A stretch of 63,716 bases of DNA, filler included, from Olpidium bornovanus S191 (taxonomy: Eukaryota; Fungi; Olpidiomycota), in NCBI GenBank assembly GCA_017911155.1. It is 30 parts of 30 records of this genome, joined end to end, with 100 filler letters (N's around TTAATTAATTAA, not from the genome) between each part and the next. Parts side by side here need not be neighbours in the genome. Positions count along the whole stretch, not along the records: positions 1 to 1,179 come from JAEFCI010011325.1; positions 1,280 to 3,669 come from JAEFCI010006304.1; positions 3,770 to 5,341 come from JAEFCI010004546.1; positions 5,442 to 7,110 come from JAEFCI010000405.1; positions 7,211 to 8,353 come from JAEFCI010004889.1; positions 8,454 to 9,488 come from JAEFCI010000740.1; positions 9,589 to 14,884 come from JAEFCI010003296.1; 23 more parts are not named here. The stretch is one strand, 5' to 3'. Shown here one piece after another: positions 1-11,935 of the stretch (the stretch's first letter is position 1; each line of letters opens with the position of its first letter). A program made the position numbers and the translations under genes. Below the pieces are notes generated by a model that worked only from the letters and a program-made list of their open reading frames with translations, was not told the DNA's origin and did no database searches.

Positions 1-1
1 G

Positions 2-646
2 CCTGCTGGCATCGGTCCGTTCGGGATGATGGGGTTGGTTGACACCCTGAACGCGAAAGTGGAAAGCACGCGTCTGCTTTCCCTAGGGGTCGATCTGGAA
101 CAGCTCGGGTTTGACATGATGTCCTCGGAGTACGTGGCGGCCGAGTACGTTTTCATTAATCGGTTAACAGCACACCAACTTCCCCCGCTGAGCTCGTACT
201 TTTCACGTCTTCTTCCGGGGTGGATATCCGGCATATTATGAGGCCATTGTACTTGACGTCGCTCCCGTCCGACGTTAACTGGCAAGCCGGCGATCGCCTT
301 GTCCACTGGAACAATGATGCCGAGATTCAGAAAGATGCCGAGACGAAGGCCAGACTGCTCGCCGACGAGACGCTCTTCTACATATTCTACCATATGCCGA
401 ATGGCGCAATGCAGGACGCGGCCGCTCAAGAACTGTGAGCGTTCGGCGGAGTCGAACGATGTCCACGGAGAGCTGCCGTGGTATCTTGCTAACTACGCTT
501 CACAGGCACAACCGGCAATGGCGCTGGCATAAAGAATCCCGTGTGTGGTTGATGCGGGAAACCGACTCGTATCCGGCCCCGGAAACGCGCACGTTCGTGA
601 ACGGGCCGTTTGCGGTTTTTGATCCGGGGAAATGGCAGAAGGTCCA
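2..646 (+). CDS. NOT2: CCR4-NOT complex subunit NOT2-like (NOT2/3/5 domain), partial, multi-exon
   Basis: Spliced pieces FGMMGL..LLSLGVDLEQLGF, ETLFYIFYHMPNGAMQDAAAQEL and RQWRWHKESRVWL..FAVFDPGKWQKV match the NOT-box; GTACGT and GTGAGC donors separate them. Confidence 0.85.
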
Positions 647-1179
647 GTGGCAAGGCGCCGCCGGCCGCGGTTCTCTGGAAACGAGTCCGCTTGCGCCCGC
701 GGGCCCGTTGGCGCCGCGCGCGGAGGCGGGCTGCGCCGGCGGGACCGCGTTTCCTGTCGGCAGCCGCCCGGCGCCCGGGCCGAATCCGGGACCAGCCGTG
801 CCGCTCGCGGCCGCCGTTTGCGACAGCGAAGGTGAGCTCGGGCTTTTACGCCCGCCGCGGAAGCCGCCGGAGTCTGCGGCGGCGGACGAATCCCACGGTA
901 CGGACCTTTGAGCACCAGCGAAACGCGAAAACCCGAAAACCGAAACGGCGGCTGCTGCGGAAGTCGTCAGGCCGGCCAATGCCTCGTTCGAACGTTGAAC
1001 CGGGTCCCGGCCCCTGCGAACGGCAACCCCCGCACTGGACCCCCGCAGAGACAGCCGGCCAATCGTAACACGACGGCGTTACGATCGGGTATGTCAGCTT
1101 TAGCGTCCGAATCGTTTGTTGTTTTCCCCCCTCCCCCCACACCCGGTTGCGTGTTTTCGTAGTTGTAGCGCCTGCATGA

Positions 1180-1279
1180 NNNNNNNNNNNNNNNNNNNNN
1201 NNNNNNNNNNNNNNNNNNNNNNNTTAATTAATTAANNNNNNNNNNNNNNNNNNNNNNNNNNNNNNNNNNNNNNNNNNNN
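1180..1279. other. Artificial contig linker (N-run + TTAATTAATTAA + N-run); first of 29
   Basis: Identical 12-mer with stops in all six frames, flanked by N runs, at about 1224, 3714, 5386, 7155, 8398, 9533, 14929, 17262, 18645, 21329, 23876, 25523, 26644, 27831, 29067, 30501, 31707, 36157, 38219, 39940, 41109, 44371, 45502, 46869, 49433, 52182, 54126, 58259 and 62590. Confidence 0.98.
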
Positions 1280-1806
1280 AGCTACTGTTCAAGGTCAAAT
1301 GGAAGGATCAAGTCGCTAACCGGATATGTGAACACGGTCGGATTATTTTGTTGAAAGCATAACTTGACCGACCCCCGCGGAACTTGAATATGAGGAAGTT
1401 GAGCAAAATCTCGGAAGAAGCATTGAGCGCAACGGCCCAATCGGCCCAAGGTCGCCTGGCCCTTGACTGAACCGTTGACTCTTTCGCGAGGCGATGAGCA
1501 GGCCGGAGGTAACGCGTTGGCAGAAGCGGTGGAGACTGAGAAATGGGAGACGTCGGGCGGTTCGTTCAGTTCTGCAGCACCCCGGCCCCGCCCGTCGCGT
1601 CACGCGCGCCACTTTCTTTGTTTTCTTCCTTCCTTCCTATTCTTTCATCAACGTGCGCGCGCCCCCACCTTCCCCCCCTCTCCCCTCTACAACCCCCCCC
1701 CGGCGGTAAACAAACGCCCGCACTGCACCGAAAAAAAAAACGCGCGCCCGATTGTCTCGCTTTCCCAACCGCGGCACCGTCCAGCATCGGCGAAACCCGC
1801 GGGAAC

Positions 1807-1848
<42 letters not shown>

Positions 1849-2458
1849 GCCTCCCCCCCCCCCCCCCCCCCGCTGACTCCACCGGGTCCCGCGGGGCCAG
1901 GATTGCGAAAAACAGACCAGCGGCAAAGAGAGGGGAGGTGGCGGGGCCGGCGGGGTTAAGGCCGACGTGTTCACGGAGGAAAAGGGGGGGGGGGTGGGCC
2001 AACCCCGGTTTTAACCACGATAAAGCTGCAAAAGAAAAAGAGAGGCGCTCTCGCGCATTCATGCCCGTTGTTTTTTTTTTGCTTGTTCGCGGGAGGCGGA
2101 TGAAGAAATGGGAGTAATACTTTGAAAAAAAATGATATTATCGGAATTATATAATGCTTACCTGTGGGGAGTCACGAAAAAAAAACTGCAGGTCACGTGA
2201 AAACCAGGGGATTACGAAGAATGGTGTGAAAGTCGATGGATGTTCCGGGGGGAGGAGGAGGAGGGAAACAACTAAAAGCCTGACTGGCCCACGGGGTCGA
2301 CCAAAGTTGGGGGGGGGGGGGGAATGCGAAAAGGCGGGGGAGCTAGAAATGCTTTTTCCGGGTGGACAACGAATAAAAAAAAGGCCCACAGGTGAACAGC
2401 ACAACTCAGCAGTTAGCATTCAGAACGCAGCAGGGGCACGACGTGATCAAGTCGCCTT

Positions 2459-3669
2459 TCAAGTCGCCTTTGTGCTGCAGCAGCAGACGCTCCACGAAGG
2501 CTCGGTGGCGGAATCCCTGGAAGGGGGAGGGGTGAGCTTTCGACGGCGAAAACGAGATCCCGAGCGTTCGTTTTGGCCTCCGCGTCGCGAAAACGGTGTT
2601 CGCGTCTGTTTGAGGCGCGGACGCTTTCTTACCTTTTCTTTGAAAATCAACAGTTGTTCCTCCATCTTACCGAGGACGGCACGATGATCGTGGACATCAG
2701 GGCCGCCGTCTATAAACCCGCGGTGGGAAAGAGTATCTGTCACGCAAGCCAGCCAAACAAAAAAAAAAAAAAAAAATAAAGCTAAAAAAAGAAGAAAAAA
2801 AAGCTTACGTGATCGGGATGACGAACGCCAAAAAGGGTGGACTCGCGGTCGGCGCGATTCTTCTGACCGACGTCGTCCTCTCGAATTTGCTCGACATCCA
2901 CGTCATGGTTTCGCTTGTCGGCTCCGGCGGCGGCAGAATTCGCGCAGGTGGTCGGCGCGGCAGAAGCGACCGCGCTCCAGGAGGACGCCGGGCAAAGGGC
3001 ACGATCCTCCGCCGTGGAGGCGCCCGCCGCCTCCAAGAAGGACGACGACGAGACCGCGGTCGGCAGCGAACAGCGTGCCCTTTCGTCGACCTCGCAGGTG
3101 GGCTCGGCTTGGAGGATTTCGGCAACCGCGCGCTCCGGCAAGTCATCGGTGGGGGACACCATGACAAATCCGTCTTCGATCTCGGACGGACGGGAAGAGC
3201 AACGCGCTTCTGCTCCGGACAATCCGCCTGCCCCGTTTTCGACAGCCGCACGAACGCCACATCCGTCGACAATCTTTGAACCGCAATCATGTGAAAAGTT
3301 CGAGTGCGCGGAAGGTGTTGCCGGCTCCGCGGTTTTTAGCGTCGCGACACGAGTGTCGTCACCTCCGACAACGCATACTTTCAGCGGCATCGGCGTCCCA
3401 GGAGCCGCAGTGTTTGATTGGTCCGTAGCCACAATTCGGTCACACTTTTGCACGGCGATCGTCTCTGTTCCCTTGTGATGATGGATGGAAGCGGAGGAGA
3501 GCTCCGCACACCGTTCGACGCAGGCAGGACCGGCGTCGTCAGCGGAAACATCCGTCGACACGGTCGGCGCCTGTTGAACATCCTGGTAAATTTCCGGAGC
3601 GCCGGTCGGCGAATAAAGGATTTTGACGCCCTTGATCGCAACGGGGCGCCGGATCTTCAAGAAAACATG
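2459..3669 (-). CDS. Hypothetical low-complexity protein, partial, at least 2 exons
   Basis: A long open frame runs from the contig end to a GTAAGC donor near 2806; the next exon DTLSHRGF..EEQLLIFKEK ends at GTAAGA. No family recognised. Confidence 0.4.
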
Positions 3670-3769
3670 NNNNNNNNNNNNNNNNNNNNNNNNNNNNNNN
3701 NNNNNNNNNNNNNTTAATTAATTAANNNNNNNNNNNNNNNNNNNNNNNNNNNNNNNNNNNNNNNNNNNN

Positions 3770-4052
3770 CATGCGATTCCGCCACAAGTCCGTCACCGCT
3801 CCCCGCCCGCTCGACCCGCTCCGCCACGATTACGAACGCAAGAGACGACAGCTGAGCAAGCGGCAGGCGGAGTCGGGGGCTGCGGACGCCGGGGCCCCCG
3901 CCGCGGCGGCGAAGGGTAGGCGCGGCAGAGACCCGGCGCCCCGCAGCGAGCTCAAATCTGCGCCGCAGATCGCCAAGGAACGCCTCGCTAAGGAGAGGCG
4001 GCGGCAAAAGACTGGGCGACCGTCTCGCAAGGGGTCGAAGAAGCGGCGTTAG
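3770..4052 (+). CDS. DBP10: DEAD-box RNA helicase DBP10/DDX54, C-terminal end
   Basis: RFRHKSVTAPRPLDPLRHDYERK...RSELKSAPQIAKERLAKERRRQKTGRPSRK matches the characteristic Dbp10 C-terminal tail. Confidence 0.85.
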
Positions 4053-4616
4053 AGGTAAGCTTAATGATTTATATATATATAAAGTAAACATTAATCTAAT
4101 ATTTGATGATTGTATAACATATTAATATTAGTAATTACATTTGATTTGGTGCATATAAAATAGATCTGAAGCGTCTTTGATTCAAGAGAGGGCCGCCAAG
4201 CGGAAAACGCTTGTTTTAAGGAAAGGATCTGCACAATGTATACTTTGTTGAAAAAAAAATAAAGTGAAACGGAAATGTTTTGCGAGCGCGACGTCACTGT
4301 CTGCGGCATCGCCCGCTCGCCTGCCCATCTTTCCTGACTAGAGCAGCAACAGCAGGCGCATTCCAATCCCGGCGCGGCGCACTTTTCTTTTATACGGCAC
4401 TTTGGTTCGGGCAGGGGCGGGCCGGAAATTTCGACCGGGGAAAGCAGCCTTGATTTTTTATATATTTTTTTCTCACACACGCACCCGGCCTGGCGTGTTG
4501 GGTTGGGGAGGGCGGTGGTGGGGAGGCTAGCCGCATTGGCTGCGGGACGAGCAGTCCCCCCCTGGTTGCGGGGGTTGCTGGGTCGTTTCTGCGCGGTGCG
4601 GTCTTTTTCTTTTTTT

Positions 4617-4739
<123 letters not shown>

Positions 4740-6288
4740 AAAAGTCGGGGTCCCCACCGCTTCCCCCCCGTCTCCGCCCCTTCGTTTTCGCACAAACGGG
4801 AAAACGAACGAAGCACTGGTCCGAGAGAAGAGAGCGCCTGGAAAAAAAAAAAAAAAAAATGGCAGACGGGAACGGCGACTGGTGTCTTATCGAGTCCGAC
4901 CCGGTAAGAGCGGGAGCGCGCCCCCCGTAGGGCCGGCGGCCGGGACTCCCACCCCCTTACTACCCCCCCGTTGGGAGGGCAGAAGGGAAGGGGGCGGGGC
5001 GGGGCGGGGCGAGACGAGACGAGACACGCCGCGCGGGCGGGCCACCTGAAACAGGGAAGGCGGGCGCCAGCGCTCTCTCTCCTTCTCCTTCTCTCTTTTT
5101 TTGTTTTGTTTTACGGAGGCGGCGGCCGTCTTTGACCATTCCAGAGAATTTTTTTTGTTTTTTTTCCTGCAAATCCTTCCTGGATCAAAAAAAAAACCAA
5201 AATTTTCCTCCAGGGCGTGTTCACGGACTTGATATCTAGTACGGGGGAGAGAGGCGGACAGGAGCGGTGCGCGCGAAACTTTCCATTGCTTTCTGTTTTT
5301 TTTTTGTTGTCGGCGCGCAACCCCCCCCCCCCCCCCCAAAANNNNNNNNNNNNNNNNNNNNNNNNNNNNNNNNNNNNNNNNNNNNTTAATTAATTAANNN
5401 NNNNNNNNNNNNNNNNNNNNNNNNNNNNNNNNNNNNNNNNNAATTGGGAATGAGCCGATTTGTCCCCCTGCGCGTCACGTTCGGACACGCGCGTTTCCCT
5501 CATCCCTCCACGGAAGCGGTTCAAAGGCGTCCGTGGTTTCTCGCCGGGTCTTCATTTTTTTTATTATTGTTTTGTCCGTTTCGCGCGAGGTTGGGCCAAA
5601 TTCGGCAGCGCTCCGAGACCTCCGCGTCGCGTCCTCCGGAAAGGTTTTCCGTTTTGGGAGGATGCGGGGCTTCCGAGTTCTCGGCCGCATGGGCCCGCAT
5701 GTCCTATTGCTGCGCGCTGCGTACCCCACCACCTTTTTTTGGTGTTTATCCGGGGTTGCGGCGTCCGTCGGCGCCTCGGGTCCCAAGCTCCGCTCGGTTT
5801 CGTTTCTGACAATCGGGGCCAGTGAACGGCGGGCAAAAAGTTCGCCTTGCCGCGTTTCGCTCGCATGTCCGCGCGAGCGGCGACAACCCGCAAATTTGGA
5901 ACACCTGGGCTGGCCGGTTTCCTTGGTGACGCCATGGCAACGGCCCGTCGTGACCGGAACTTTTCCCCCAGCGCCGTCGAAAGGAGGACTCAGGCGGTTC
6001 TCCCGCACAGAAGGAACGAAAGCAATCGAAAAAAAAAAAAACTAAATAAGCAAGAAAAAGGTGTCGGGAAGGGCAGGATACATGCGGGACTTCCCGCCCG
6101 CCCAGTAGACGATATTCCTGTAACGAGCAGATTCGGAAACCAAAAAACTAATAGCGCGCTATCGAAAAAAGCCGGCCGCGAGGAATCCCTAGGGGGTGCC
6201 GGGCACCGGCGGCGACTGTATATTTTGAACCGGCGAAGCCACCGCCGTCGGGAATCCTGGCCATAGCCAGCACAGCCTTTCCGTCGTG

Positions 6289-7110
6289 ATGGTCTCGTTC
6301 CGGTTGGCGCATCTCAAAGCGGCGATATGCGCCGCGACCCTTGTATGCATGGCCGGCTTGGTTGACGGAGACGCCTACATGGTTTATCCAGAGCCGTACT
6401 CGCGGTCGGATCTGCATGGCGTAGGCTGCTACGACCCCGGGGTAAGCCTGGAGCGTTGCTGTCGTAAAAAAAAAAAAGAAAAAAAAATCGCATTGCCGCC
6501 GTCGCAGGACAGGCGGCCCCAAGTCTTCCTCGTCGCCGGCAGCACCCTCACCCGTTCGCCTTTGAAACCCGTGCAGAATGGGCTCACCAGCGACTGCCCG
6601 GGTCCCTGCGATACGCCCGCCGCAGCGTCGGAAGCGGCGACGCCGCTTGTATTCGAAAGGGGCCAAAACGTCACCGTGAAATGGGCTACCAACGGGCACA
6701 CCGGCGGCTTTGTCCAGCTGTCGCTCCTGAAGCGCTCGGATGACCTCACCGACGAAATGACGAAGTTGTCGTTCTACAACCCGGGCGCAATCCGCAGTTT
6801 CGTCTGCTTCGAGCCGTACTTGCGCTGCGAGGAGTCGTCGGGCCTCACTTACACGGGCGCGAACGGCGTGGTGCATAAGTCGTCGGTCTGCAGCGCGACA
6901 GTGCCACTAGATATCGGGATGGACGATGGGATGTGGACTATTCAGGTTCGCAGATGACACTGGTGATGCTTGGGAGAGAGAGGCCTGCAACGTGTGTCAC
7001 GTTATGCACCAAGGATCACTCTTGTTTACAAACCATCTCATTCCACAGTGGATGTGGTTTGGTGGTTATAGCGACGCCGCCAAGAAAGGAACGGGCGACC
7101 ACTACTCATG
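6289..7110 (+). CDS. Secreted LPMO-like (histidine-brace fold) protein, partial, 3 exons
   Basis: Signal peptide; introns 6442-6576 and 6946-7048 (GT..AG) splice in frame; motifs CPGPC, FERGQNVTVKW..NGHTGGFV, TIQWMWFGG and DHYSC. Confidence 0.7.
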
Positions 7111-7210
7111 NNNNNNNNNNNNNNNNNNNNNNNNNNNNNNNNNNNNNNNNNNNNTTAATTAATTAANNNNNNNNNNNNNNNNNNNNNNNNNNNNNNNNNN
7201 NNNNNNNNNN

Positions 7211-7937
7211 CCCGCCGAGGCCTGTCGCAGTTGTGCTTCGGCACTTTCCGCTTCTTGGAGAGCGAGGTCGACGAGTGGCCGTGATGCCGCTTCGAGTGCA
7301 GGGACGACTTGGACGACGACGACGGCCCCGAGGACAAGGACCGGCGCGATCCGGACTTGCCGGAACGCGGCCTGGTGGCCGCGCCGGCGGCGGGGGGCCC
7401 GACGGTCACCATCCAGTTGGAAGAAGCCCCCCGCAGCAGTTTTGCCGATCTGGCCGCCTTCCCCTCCGGGGCCGGCCCCCGCGCGGCGTAAAAATTGGAG
7501 GCTTTCGACGCCGATTTCCCGGGCCCCGGCGGCTTCCCCCCGCCCCGAGCCTGCCTGCCGGACCGGGGTTCCCTGCTCCGCTTGCCCGGCGGATCGCCGG
7601 CGGCGTCTCTCTGCGGGAAGGCGTCCGGCTCTTCCCGCTCGCTCTCGCTCTCTCCGAGCGGGCGCACGGCGACGGGATCCTCCAAAGCCATCGGGCGGCC
7701 GGTTCTTTAATTATTTTTTTTTCCTTTTGTTTGCCGTCCGGCCCGCCTCCTAGCGGGCGTTCGAGGAAAATCCGCACCTCCACCCGCCCGGCCGCCCGGA
7801 GTTTGCTGTCCCGCGCGCGCTGTTGCCGTGCTGTGGACCGAGCCGATTCTGCTTAGCACAGTTTTTTTTAAGTGCGATTTCGACGCTGCCTCCGCCTGGG
7901 GCAACGGGCGGAGGTGCCTGGTGCTGAAACGACTCAC
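7211..7937 (-). CDS. Hypothetical Ser/Gly/Arg-rich protein, partial
   Basis: Open frame to the contig end, with a possible upstream exon; no family recognised. Confidence 0.3.
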
Positions 7938-8229
7938 CCACCCGTCTCGTCTCCGGTTTTCTTGGGGAGATCTGGCCTCACTGATTCCGAGCGGGACTGG
8001 ACGGGGGTTTCAGCAGACAGAAGGGCCGACCGGTCGGGTGGTGCGAACTGCGTGTGTCTATGCACCCATGAGCTGCCCCAGGGGGATGGGCGGCCGTGGT
8101 GGGGCTGAAGGCGGGCGGGGAACTCGCTTTTTTTTTTGTTTCTAAGAATAAAAGAAAAACCTGTCTGCACCGCGGAAGGGGGGGAGGAAGGGACGACAAT
8201 TTACGCGTTTTTTTTTGTTTTCTTTTTTT

Positions 8230-8260
<31 letters not shown>

Positions 8261-8606
8261 GGAAAGGGGGGCGGGGGGGGGGGGGGGGAAGGGGGGAAAA
8301 AAAAAAAAAAAAAAAAAGGGGGGGGGGGGGGGGGCGGGGGGGGGGGGCGCGGGNNNNNNNNNNNNNNNNNNNNNNNNNNNNNNNNNNNNNNNNNNNNTTA
8401 ATTAATTAANNNNNNNNNNNNNNNNNNNNNNNNNNNNNNNNNNNNNNNNNNNNCCGCCCCCCCCCCCCCCCCCCCCCCCCCCTCCCCGCAACCATCGGAG
8501 CGAAAGGTGAGGCGAACCTGCGACGCAAAAGCCGAGGGGAGCGTCAAGGAAGCCGGCGTCTGACCCGCAATCTCCTCGTTTGCTGCGCAGCGACACTAGA
8601 ATCTAG

Positions 8607-9230
8607 ATGTCTACAATGGATTCCGGCGCAGCCGCCGCAGTCAACCGACAGGACGGCGCTGGCCACGGATATGGGTCCCGCGGGGGTGCCGTCGGCAGCG
8701 AGCTGGCGCCCGTAGAAGTTGCAACGGCGGATTCGCAACAACGGCAGTCCCCCCGGCGCCAGCCGAAAGCCGACCTCTCTGTAGACACGGGCTCTGCTGC
8801 CGGAGCGGCACCACCGCAGCAGGTTCCAGGAAGCAACGGGCAAGAGGGATCTTCGAGTTCCGGCCCGCGCGACGACGATGATCATGCGACGGGCCACGTG
8901 AATCTCAATAATGGGCCATCCGCCGCCGTTCCCCCTTCCGGCTCATCGGCCTGTGCGACTGACGCACCCGGGGAGACCGCGACACCAGCGTTGTCCTACT
9001 CCGTCTCGGCGCCTTCGTTCAGCGGCCGGAGAGACGTACCTGTGTCCCGTTCTCCCGCGCACGTCTCCGGAGTCTCCGTCGCCCAAGCGTCGGCAGCATC
9101 GTCCTTCTCCATGTCGAGGCCGGCAGTTCCAAACGGCCGTTACAATCAACCGAACCAGTACATCCCGCCTGCGGTCCAGGCGGGCATCGAGCAACTTCTG
9201 GCCGGCGAGGTCCCTAAGATTGGCGCATGG
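8607..9230 (+). CDS. Hypothetical protein, disordered N-terminus, partial
   Basis: ATG follows a probable 5' UTR intron (GTGAGG..CTGAC..CAG); about 200 codons of open frame before low-complexity sequence. Confidence 0.4.
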
Positions 9231-9588
9231 GCGTCGCTCTGCGTGTGCGGTGTCGACCCCAAATTGCGAAGGCTGGTGAGCGGGGGGGGGGGGGGGGGGG
9301 GGGGGGGGGAGGAGAGAGCCCCCCGCCGCTTTCGCTTCTTGTCCCTCCCTCCTCTCCTCTTCCTCCTCTTCCTCCCCTTGCCTCCTCCGCCGCTTGCTTC
9401 TTCTGCCCTTCGTCCGCCGGAGGACTCTTTCTCTCTCCCGCAAGAGAAGAAGAAACAGGCCACCCCCCCCCCCCCCCCCCACACCCCGNNNNNNNNNNNN
9501 NNNNNNNNNNNNNNNNNNNNNNNNNNNNNNNNTTAATTAATTAANNNNNNNNNNNNNNNNNNNNNNNNNNNNNNNNNNNNNNNNNNNN

Positions 9589-10950
9589 CATGATTTGCTC
9601 ATAAAGCCGGCCGAGGCCAGTGCGGTCTGGTTGCTCAACCGGCTGCGCACCGTTTCCGGCAGGAACTTCTCGCGTGTCGCGGCGGACTGGACCTTCGATT
9701 TCTTGGACGTCGGCGGCGGCGTAACAAAAGTGCCGGGGGAAGCGGACGCGGGCTGGGAAAGGGCTGTGGCGTTCGCAGGCGGATTCCCGCTGCCCCCGTC
9801 GGCGACTGCGCTGTTTCGCAGCAGTGCCTTCTCCGCCGCCTCCTTCCACCCGCTAGGACGCTGCCCCTCTTTCCGCTGCCGTTCCTCTTCCCTTTCCACC
9901 CGCTGCAGCGCCAAAAGCTGTTTCTTCGGGTCCTGCAGGACATGGACAGCATAGCGCTTGTTGCTCTCTCCAGTGCGTGGTGGAAGGGCATCCGTTGGAT
10001 ATTGTGTCCGGTGGCGGCTGGCTAAGATCATGCGAGTGATGAGGGACAAGACCTTCTCCTCCACGGTTTTTGAGAGGTACATCATCACCTCCGGACTCAC
10101 GCGCCGGATTCCGTGACGTTCACCTGTTGAACGGTAACGGTGAACCACAACTAGGGACGAACGCAATCTAGAGGGCGGTAACGGAGTATCTGTTTACCAC
10201 AGGTCAGCAACACTTGCTCCAGCACCTCGGTGTTCAAGAATTGGGCGTTGCGAACAGTGTTTGCTACTTGCGCAGTCTAAATAGCCAAAATTGCGTTACG
10301 TCGTTGAATCAGCAAGACAGGCTCGATGGGGTAACGTAGCAGGAGTAACGTAGAGCGCCACTGTTCTCTCCTCACGTTTGACCCTGGAACAGTCCGCAGC
10401 TGGCGTACAGGTGCGGCGTTCGTCGGAGGCAAGGGTCGATACGACCGACCGTCACTTTTGCGCAAGCGGGTTCGCGAACGCATAAGGGTGGAAGCATGCC
10501 AGCGGACGACCCCGCGCAACCTGCAACCCCAACTCACCTCGTGGCACCAAGAAGCCGTTCCGCCCCGGGAGTCGCGTTCGGCGGCGGCGGCCCGCTAGGC
10601 GGGCCGCGGCCGATCAGTAGCGGCAGGTTCGCCAGGCTCGACGAAACGAGGGCGTCGATCGTGAACAGCCTCGAGGGCGGAGGGCCCGCGGTGCCAGCAC
10701 CACTTCCGGTTACGCTGACAGATCCCGTGCGGGCAGCGTCGCGACAGGTTCCGCCGTTTGCGTCTGGTGGCAGCGCCGCCTTGTCGCCGGCGCCGTCTCC
10801 TTCCCATTTCCGCTTCAACCCGCGCCCCTGCGCCGAGGCATGTTCAGCCTGTGGCCGGCCGTCGGCGCACGGTTGGCCCGCTTCTCCTGGTTCCGGCGGG
10901 GAACCCGCGCGGCCGCCCACCATAGGCGTGCCGTGGAGATGACGCGGTCT
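9589..10950 (-). CDS. TAF4: TFIID subunit TAF4, partial, multi-exon
   Basis: NFLNTEVLEQVL / RHGIRRVSPEVMMYLSKTVEEKVLSLITRMILASRHR (histone fold), DPKKQLLALQRVEREEE and RLSNQTALASAG. The 5' boundary is uncertain. Confidence 0.8.
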
Positions 10951-11935
10951 GTTTGGTCTCGCGCGGCTGTCGTGTTTTTTTTTTTTTTTTTTTTTTTTTT
11001 TCACTTTTGGATTTCCGTCTTTTTTTGCCACGTGCGAACAGCCCCGGAGAAGGAGGCAAAAAGAAAAATGGATCTTGACGCGGTTCCAACAAGCTCCGCT
11101 ACGCCGAGCTGAGGAGCAAAAAAAAAACGCGCTTCAGGCGCACAACGAGAGGTGCCGCCTGAAAAGTCGTGCATTTTGCGCTGTTCGCGCTTGAGTCAGC
11201 CGGCAGCTACTGCAGCGTAGGGCGTCACTCTCAGCTGCCTCCCGCCGCGCTTCAGCTCCTTTTGCCTTCCTTGTCTTACCTTGCACCTAGGTAAGGAGTT
11301 CTCCACCTGGATTTAATTTGGGAACGCCCGCGCGCGAACTCCACCACCTCTCCCCTCGACATCTAATGTGGCGTTTGGCCACTGCAATTAGGCTGCCGCC
11401 GCTTGGCCAGGCGGCCGCGTCAAAAGCAAGCGCAGTCTGGTACAAGCTGAATGCGCTGACACTTGTGCGCTGGTAGATCATATACTGTCGCGCATGTGTG
11501 CTTTCGACTAGTTGCGGACAGTCGCGGCAAGTCAGACGGACAAATGGAATTTTTGCGGCGGATCACCGTGACGATCACTGGAAGAAGATGGAAACGGCGA
11601 GGGGTGCTTCACCAGCGATGCAATGGCACTTTATAGAATTGAAACTCTGAGCAGGCGTCTGCCTCCTTTGATGACAATCGGACTTGAAGACGGATTCTGT
11701 TATTGACGGCCGTGGCACAATGTCACATGACCCCCTCCCCCCTCCGCGGCGACTAGAAAATCGCCACCGAAATTTTTTAACGTGGAGGCTTTCCCTCTGG
11801 GGTTAATTAGCAAATTGGCTTAATTTTTTGTTTTTTTGTTTCTTCCCCTCCCATCCCCTCCCTCCTCAGCATCTCCTTTCCCGTCCAACCCGGCCCACAG
11901 CAGCCGTGCTCCGACGGAGAACCGTCCCCGCGTTG

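Noticed and set aside
1224-1235. TTAATTAATTAA recurring 29 times as a biological repeat
   Set aside because: Always embedded in N runs; it is an artificial six-frame-stop contig linker.
1280-1350. LLFKVKWKD as a chromodomain
   Set aside because: Only about 9 residues resemble the motif and the frame closes without the downstream TWE motif.
1463-2117. Poly-Pro/Gly/Lys/Phe ORFs here and at 4091-4907, 8096-8409, 40537-41120, 46869-47203 and 53687-54133
   Set aside because: They are translations of homopolymer runs and linker sequence, not credible proteins.
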